The notes under the pieces were generated by a model. That model searched no databases, had not been told where the DNA came from, and was given only the letters and a program-made list of their open reading frames with translations. 64,000 nt of DNA from Harriotta raleighana (taxonomy: Eukaryota), in assembly GCA_050575255.1 (NCBI GenBank), contig JBNZDD010013657.1, positions 3,839,947 through 3,903,946 on the forward strand, written 5' to 3'. Below are positions 26,601-35,600 of this stretch, in pieces. A program made the position numbers and the translations under genes. How positions within the stretch are numbered: the stretch's first letter is position 1; each line of letters opens with the position of its first letter.

Positions 26601-29600
26601 TGAAGGCGTTCAACAAGGTCGGGGAGGGAATCCCACTGTACGAGAGTGCAGCCACCAGACCCCTGACTGGTAACAGAAATAAATCCCCAGTTTCTCTTTA
26701 CTTTCTCATCTTAAGAGATGTTGCTGTGTCCTGTAGAGTTTATGTACCTGTTTTCAAAGACACTGCAGCTTAACATCAGACACACTGAACTCAGGATTTG
26801 GTTCCAGTTCCAGCATGTTACGGTTCTGCTCTGCTGTGAGGGTAGATTGTGGGGAGCCTGGGCATAAGAAGCGAGGAGGGAAAGATCTGTAACAGATCCT
26901 TGGGAAGGCTGACCCACCCTTGGCCTGGCTCTGAAGTATTACTGATAGTTTGTCTGACGTGAGGAGTGTGTGAGGGTGAGTCAGAGACAGGAGTCAGTGC
27001 TCCTGCAGATATGACCAGATGGTCCAGTGCATGCTAAGGCTGGGGCTGGCAGCCAGTAAATCTATGGGATACTGGAGGGGAATGATGGACAAAAGATGGT
27101 TGAATTACTAATAATTAACCAGTGGGTTGGAATGTGAGGTGAGAGAGGGGGAGGTCTTTTTAAACATAAGCTATCAATGGCACACTATCAGATCTATGTT
27201 GAGTTAGATGTGGGTTTCAGTGTGTGAGAGAGACAAGAATGTTGAGTTGCGTGCACTCGTCTTGCTGGCACAGACGGAGCCTGTTAAAACGTGGTGGTTT
27301 GGCACTTCCTGTGCCTCACAGCTGGAGATATCCAGTGGGTATACATTGTACTGGTACAAGTGTGGGTCTATGTACACCAGGATGTGTTATACATTTATGT
27401 ACACTTAACCCTCATCGAACGCAACATTATCGATTGCAAATTCAAGTATAAGTGACGAAACAAAAGCATCACTTTTTTGTGCAGCGCGCGTAAAACTTGT
27501 GCATACTCGCTGGCTGGCCCCCGTGCGCATGCGCACGTGTGAGGACGCCGTCCGCTCCCGACTAAATCCAATGATTCCTCGGCTGGCTGGTTGTGCGCGA
27601 ATGCGCACTTCTGACGAGGCCGGCAGATCCCGACTAAAGCCGATGATTGCTCGGCTGGCTGGCCCCGTGCACAATGCACTCTTGGGTAAGTCCAATAACT
27701 CTTCGGCCTTGGAGCATCCTGTTGGCATTGCTTGGCAAACAGGAGAGAGAGAGAGAGAGGCTCCTAACAGTAATTTAGCCTAGCTGTGATTTTATTGCTT
27801 TTTTTATTGCTTTATTGCTTTGTAGCAATAAAGTGATAACAAAGCTGGAGCCCGCTGTAACCTTTCTGCGTCCCCCGTCCCGACCGCCTGCAGCTCTCTG
27901 CCTCCCGGGCACCCCTTGATTTGCCCACTTCCTAGGTGGTAGGGGAGATGAGAGCAGGAAGAGGGGGGGAGCAACAAGAGCGGGGAAAGGGGGATGGAGC
28001 AAGGTGCGGGCCAGCCGGCTATAGCCCGCCTTAGTACATACGTACCTTGCATTCGGGTGTGGGTGTGGATGCGCCTGGAAGCTTGAGGTGGGTAACCTGT
28101 GACTGGATTCCTCTAACCCCCTTTTCCCATTACTTGTTAAGCTTATCCAATGCGATTTTATTGAGTGCACAGTTTTCCGCAAATGACGAGGGTTAACTGT
28201 ATACTTTTCGGGAGGCTGTCCCATGCCGTTGGATAGTCAGGGAGGATAAGAGGGTGGCCAAAGGCATGGTCATAGAGGAGGGTATTGAGACATGCCTTGA
28301 AGAAGGCAAGGCAGGGAGTGAGGCGAAGGAAATTTGGGATGGAGTTCCAAACGGATCAGCCTGCATCTTACATATGAATGAATTGATGTTAAAATGATGC
28401 ATCAGATGTCATTGTATTTAGTAACTGTGCTTCTCTCTCTCTTTTTCCTCCATCTCATACCTTAATTGTTCCACTTTGATCTCATTGGGGTTTTTTTTGT
28501 GTTACTTTCCTCCCCATTCCTATTTATTTTTCTCTTCAACAAAATGATTTCTGGTTTAATTTTCCCGCTCAGACCCCTTTGATCCTTCTAAGGTTTATTT
28601 ATTTGATCCATTCACTCCAGTACCAGATCCCAGCCCCATGCTGCCACCAGTCGGAGTCCAGGCCACTGTGCTTAACCACGACACCATCCGGGTCACGTGG
28701 GCTGACAGCTCACTGCCCAAAAACCAGAAGATCACTGATGCTCGCTTCTACACCGTACGCTGGAAAACCAACTACCCGGCCAACACCAAGTTTAAGGTCA
28801 GTGTGGCTGCAATTGGCTGGTGTGGCAATTCAGCTCAATCTAAAGGTGCAAATTTATACACAAAAAAGGAGTAACATTGACCCTATCGCTCAGCAACACC
28901 TGGGTCATGTTTACAGTACTGCTGAGGTAACACTTACACACTCGTTTAATCAGCGCGTGTGAGCAGAGTTAAAGCGGGTGCACTAATCTGTCACGTGTCT
29001 CTGCAGACGGCAGACACCACAACGCTGAGCTATATCGTCTCGAGCCTGAAACCAAACGCACTGTACGAGTTTTCAGTGCTAGTCACTAAGGGACGGAGGA
29101 CGAGTACATGGAGTATGACGGCGCACGGGACCACATTTGAGACAGGTTAGTGATGGCAAGGAACGACTGCTGCGTTTGGCCACCAGCACTATGTTACACC
29201 ACACCTCCCACTCAACAGTGCTGCCAGTGTTTAGTGAGATTCATACAGCAAAAATATCTTTGTTACCTCCTGATACCCAATACTTGCGCAACCTGGGTGT
29301 CTCTGGTCTCCACTGCTGGGAATCCTGGCCGGAGCTAGTGAATGTTGGGAGTGACTGAAATTCATGCTGAGATTGGGGTTAGGATTCATTGAGAGTACTG
29401 TGAATGTCAGAGACAATTTACACTGTGGTGTGGAGCCCAGAGCAGTGAAGCAGCTGCTGAGCTGAGGTTGTTTTATGTTTCAGTCCCAACGTCTCCACCC
29501 AAAGACCTGACCGTGGTGAGTAAAGAGGGGAAGCCCAGGACTATCATCGTCAACTGGCAGCCACCGTCTGAGGCTAACGGCAGAATAACAGGTAAGAGAG

Positions 29601-32600
29601 GGAGAGGGGCATGAGTGAACAAGAATGTGGATGTGGTGGAAGGAATGTGGTCTGTGCTGAGAGTTAGATGAATGATACAAAAATGACATTTGTTTAGCTC
29701 TTTTCACATCAGGAGGATGTCCTAAGGCACTGTAAGGTGAAGCTTACATACTGCGCTTTTGTCCCTCAGGCTACATTATCTACTACAGTACTGACATCAC
29801 CGCTGAGATCCATGACTGGGTGGTGGAGCCGGTGGTTGGGGATCGGCTGACACATCAGATCCAGGATCTGACTTTGGACACCGCCTATTACTTCAAAATC
29901 CAGGCCCGTAACTCCAAGGGGATGGGTCCTTTGTCAGACTTTGTCCAGTTCCGGACGCCCAAAGGTGAGTCTCTACGGCAATGGCAACCCTATGTGGTCA
30001 ATTTCCAGTTATTGATAGGCAACAACTAACTTCCAAACGGGTGTCCAAACAAGCCCTAACCCACCAGGGGGGTGAGACACCTCACCCGAAACCAAACTCA
30101 TCCCAAGGATAGAAGATGGGCACTGAAGGCTGAGATGAGAGGGATGGGGGAAAAAGAACAGAATTTGTCTCAAGTTCTCCAGCGTCCACTCTTAATGTGT
30201 AACATACCTTTGTGAGCCAGGATTAGTATTTAGTGTTATCAGGTTTGTGTATTCAAAGCTGAGGATTCATGACCTTTCTATACAGAAAGTTATCCAGATT
30301 ATTTCCCTCTGTAAAAATGGCCTGATTTCAGTAGTAGCTTCTGGTGACATCGTGCCTTCCGAGCGCCAATGAGCCTCACCAACTCTTCCTCTGAATTTCT
30401 ACTTTCCTCATTTGGAGCCTCTCTGTGAGGCGGGTGTACTTGTAACCTGCGCTGAGAGGGGCTGGTAACCATCGCTGTCTGTCTGCCTGTGGCTGTGTGC
30501 TTGCTTTTGCTGTGCATGTTGCTGTGCATGTAACTTAGCTCTAGCTCAATGACTGACTGACTGACTGTGGCTATGGTTCTGCTGCTGTGAAGTGCTGACT
30601 GTTTAATTCTGAATTAACCCCATCTCTCCTCTCGTTCAATGAATTGCTTTTTTATGTTTCTCTTGTATCCTTGATCTGTTAGCTGAGTCAGCAGACAAAA
30701 TGACTAATGACCAAGGTAACCCCACTCAGCTTGGTTCATGCGTGTTCCTGTGACTGTGGGTAGTCTGTCTTCACTCGTTTAACACTTGCTGTTCTGTGCC
30801 ATTAACCCTTTGACCTGTCTGGCCCTTCCCATCTCTTTGGAATGTTAGCAGTGATTCTCGCTGACACACGTTGACCCCTTTCTTAAACTCAGTCTCGGGG
30901 GGCGGGTGGGGGCAGTGGTGGTGGGGGAAGACAGTGATCTCCCAACGGTAAGGAGCCAGTTCAATGCACCAATAATAAACCAAAACTTGTGGAGTCCTGT
31001 AGCTCAGTAGTTAGAGCACTCGCCTCGCAAGCGAGAGATCCGGCAGGTCAGGGCGAAACCTTGGGCAAGTTTCCTTACTTCCACACACCTGATAATAATC
31101 CCTTAAGAAAAAAACAATAATAAATTGTTCATTTCAATCCACGACTCTTTGTGGGACACTGCTGTGCGCAATTGGCTGGCGTGTTTCACCCACAAATATT
31201 ACGGGCAATTCACTTTACTTCTGAAACGCTTTGAGATGTCTCAACCACGTGATAAGGCGCTGGATCATAGAATAAAGCATACTCTAAAGAGCCTTTGAGA
31301 CGTCTAGAAGACTTGAAAAGCTCTATATCAAATGCAAGGATTGTTATTATTAAACAAAACAAGAGCGGGGCACAACAAATCTGCCCCGAGCTAAAGATCT
31401 GATGACTGCGCCCATTAGAATCAGAAGTTTTACACCTAGAATCCATCAGAGGTTCAACTGAACAGATTTTCAATCCTTAAAATGATGTCGAGGCCTGTGT
31501 ATCAAAGGGTTAAGCAGCTTTTTTTCCATTTCACCTTTGAATTGTGTCTTGTTGCTAATTCTGGGCCCTCTGTCCATCGCTCGCTTGCTAGCCCTTCCTC
31601 TGTTCTTGGTGTATTGTAGGGATTGAGTAGACATATTATATGTGTTGGGTTTGTAACATTAATCTGAATGCGCCTTGGGATGTCCTCTCGACCTGAAAGG
31701 TGCTACACCTTGAATGCTAATGCTGTGTCTCTGTCCAGAGTATAGAACATCCGGGAAATCAGGAAAATCCTTTGTGATCGAGCCTCCTCCAGACCCCAGG
31801 CATTCCACCAGTGGTAATGTTCTTCAGTTTTATGCATTTTACTCAAGTTTTCCTCAAAAAGAAATCTGTTTGCATAATTTTCAGTAAAATAAAAGGCGAC
31901 TAATTTGAGATGGTTATAAATATCGGCATCTACTGAACATTCCCTTTATAATGATCAATATCCAAACCAATGCCTTGACTGAGGTCAGTAACAGCGTACA
32001 CCAAAGGTTGAACTTGGGTGTGGTGTGTTTGGTGCAGTGTTGGGCTTTTACCCAGTGAATCACTGCGGGAACCAGCTCCAGGGCCATTGAAAGGAGATCG
32101 GGGGAAAGTTCTGGTGGGTTTGGGGCTACGGACGGCCTCCTGACATGAAAGACACTATACAAGTGTAACTTTGTTGTAGAGGTCTTCTTTGTTGCTGTTG
32201 GTGGCACACTGCAGCCTCGCACCCCGAGGACATGTTTCAAATGGTCTCCGCACAAGCTCCAACTGTTGTTTGCCATTTACTGACAGGTCGAAACAGCCCA
32301 CACGGCAGCCCCACCTCCACCCTGGACAGTAACATGATGCTGGTTATTATCGTGTCTGTGGGCGTCTTCACCATCATCATCGTGGTTATCATAGCCGTTA
32401 TCTGTACGCGACGGACCAGCACCCAGCAGAAAAAGTGAGGCAGAGAAATTGCTGTAAAAGCTGCTTGTGTGCAGAGTCTCCCATCGCTCACGCTTCCTCA
32501 TTCCATTTCCTTGGTTCTCTGTTTCGTAGGAAACGTGCAGCCTGCAAGTCGGCCAATGGGTCTCACAAGTACAAGGGCAACTGCAAGGACGTCAAACCCC

Positions 32601-35600
32601 CTGATTTGTGGATTCACCATGAACGGCTGGAGCTGAAACCCATCGACAAGTCGCCAGATCCCAACACGGTCATGACGGACACTCCCATTCCCCGCAATTC
32701 GCAGGACATTACTCCTGTGGATGGTTCCATGGAGAAGGATCAGCACCAGAGACGGAATTCCTATATAGGTGAATGCTATTTCTTTACTGCAGTCGCTGAC
32801 AAGGTTCAGTGACCTGTGGAACTCCCTCCTGCTCTCCGCTAGTTAGTGGGTGGTGTGTGTGCAAATGGCTGCCTCGTTTCACCCATGAGATACAGTCAAT
32901 CCACATAATATATTTTGTGAAGCACTTTAAAACGTCTCAAGTATGTGAAAGGCGTTATATAAAATGCAAGTAGTAGTATTATTACATCTAAGGTTATATA
33001 ATTCTCGATACAGGGTGGATGGGCCCAGGAATCCAGGAAACGTTTGAGAGTGGGGCAACTTTGGGATATTACTACTCCTCGGGGGCTGGGAAGGAAAGGG
33101 AGCAAGGCTGGGTGTGCAGGAGGGAGCAATGAGAAACTTCAAAGAATTGCATAACCTGAGATTAAAAACAACCCAGTTAACCTCCGAGCCTGTGTGAGCT
33201 GATGAAATCCCATCTGTGACTCTGGGACACTGCCCTACCGTGAGGGGAGCTCTGTAAATGCAAGTTGTTGTTGTGATGTGATGTGACGGGATTCCCAGAG
33301 TGAGCTGACAGAAAGTTTGTGCTTTCAGCACATGACCTCGACGAGGGTTCTACCCTGAGCGGACGCCGCGGGATGCGACCAAAGATGATGATGCCATTTG
33401 ATGCACAGCCTCCACAACGTATGTCTGCTCCCCCTTTAACTCACGCTGGGCTTCAAGGGAGGGGCGAGGCTGCTGATAGAATTAGTACCCACTGAACCAC
33501 TCACTGTATCATAGCTCCAGTGTTGGGTTTGTATTTTGGAGACTGTTTAAATATCCAGGGAAAGGGACACACAAGGGAGCTTCATATGGTAAGGTCTTGC
33601 AATGGATTTCAAATGCACCGTCAGAAATGAAAGATAAATGTACATTTCTCTATGTAAGTTACAGTGATATTGAGGAGGTATGAATGATCAGAAACAAATT
33701 ACCCCAATCTTTGATGGTGTGTGTAATACACACCGAAAAACCCAAGATCTCTAGTGTTTGTGTCATTAACTGGGTGGCAACACTGCAAACCTGCATTGTG
33801 TCCAAGTGTAATTGGTGGGTTATGTCATGTCCTTGTCTCTGTGGGGTTCTGGGAAGAGTAGATTTCATCTCCTGTCTGTAAGTGGAGCCTTTATCGGGCT
33901 GACTGTCCATCAATGTGGAGGGGAACAGGCCATAGTCAGTCTGTGAGTGTTTCAGGGGTGGAAAGGGGGAAGAAGCTGTGTTCTGGCTAACTCGTTTGTT
34001 CAATGTGTGAAGTGCTCTCTGTGTTATGTTCATTCACAGCTGTGATTAGTGCTCATCCCATCCATTCACTTGACAACCCTCATCACCATCACCACTCCGG
34101 CCTTTACTCCCCAACTCGCAGTTACCTTCATCACCAGATCAACACCCGGCCACTGGGCTCCTCTGTGCCGGTGGTAGACAGGGTTCCTCCTGCAGGTGAG
34201 ATCTTAGCCCTGTCCTCACAACCACCGAGTGTCACAGGGAGAGAGAGGGGAGCTGACACTGCAATCTCTGATTGTCGTGAGTGTTTATGTCTTTGTATCC
34301 GTTGGATTGTTGGGGCAGTGGGGGAAGAGAGAAACCTTTTGGTTTCATTTTCTCTCATTACCATCCCTCCCACCCCCCCCCCCCCCACCCACCACCCATC
34401 TCTTAAAATATCATGATTAGTCTGTGTCTCATGTGTCTATGTGTGGTTTGTGCATTGCATGGGCAAATAGATCAGTGGATGAAAAACATCTTATCCGAGG
34501 CAAGGGTACTTCGGAACTCACTGATTTGGGGCTCATTAAGCTCCAAATACATGTGAGTACTTAAATTAGTTGCAGTATACCTTAAACCTCAATACACACA
34601 TTTCACCTTGGGAGTGTAGCTATACGTTTCTTTCAGCAGTTCCACTGGTGCCAGGACAACAAGCTTTCAAAATAATCAAATGCATGTTTCAATCGTGTGC
34701 TCAACTTGTCTCTTTCTTTAAGTATTTTATAAAGGTTAAATATTGCTTCCTTTCAGTGAGTTTAAGCATTGGAAAGTCATCAATGCTGGTCTCCAGCGGT
34801 GGGAGTAATTTTTCTGGCCAAGCTGTGTGTTGGTGTTTCATTTTGATACTGCTCAAATGTTTCAAGGTGTTTATTCAGGGTGTTTATTCAGCTCATTGTT
34901 TATTCAGCTCATTTCGCCCCACAAACATTCAGTCGTTTTTTTCCTGTTCTCCTTCCTCCTACCCTGACTCCTGCCCTTGCCATCTTTCCCCCCTTTCTCC
35001 CCGAACCCCATTTCCATGACTGTTTGTGGGACACTGCTGTGAGCAATTTGGTTGCTGCATTTTCGCCCACAAATATACAGTCAATTTTTCCTACTTTCCT
35101 TCCCCCGACCCCTCCCCCAACCCCACTCCCCGCTCTGATCCCTACTTGACTGTACAGTGCCTTGGGACGTCCTCCCGATGTGAAAGGAGCTATATAAATG
35201 TAATTTTGATTGATTGATTGTTTATTTGGGTGGGGTTTGAGAGTCTGTCATATTCAGGATCCCGGGTTGTGATTCTGCTTCAAAACCATTGGAGTCTCCA
35301 AAGCAAACTCCTGAGAGTTCCACATATGAGGGTTTCCCTTTGTCTTGTCCTCCCAACGTGAAAGGCTCTGTGCCCCATAGATGTCATTNTTGTCTTGTCC
35401 TCCCAACGTGAAAGGCTCTGTGCTCCATAGATGTCATTTTGTTGTTGTTGTTGTTGTATGTCGTGTGCATTCTGCCCCCAGAGAAGTGGTAACCTGATTC
35501 ATTTATCGAAAAAACCTTTTGTGCCTCAAAACGTATTCCAGCAAACATCCAGCAAAGGGATTCAGGGCCAAGTCTACGTTAAGTGATGTTTATATGACGT

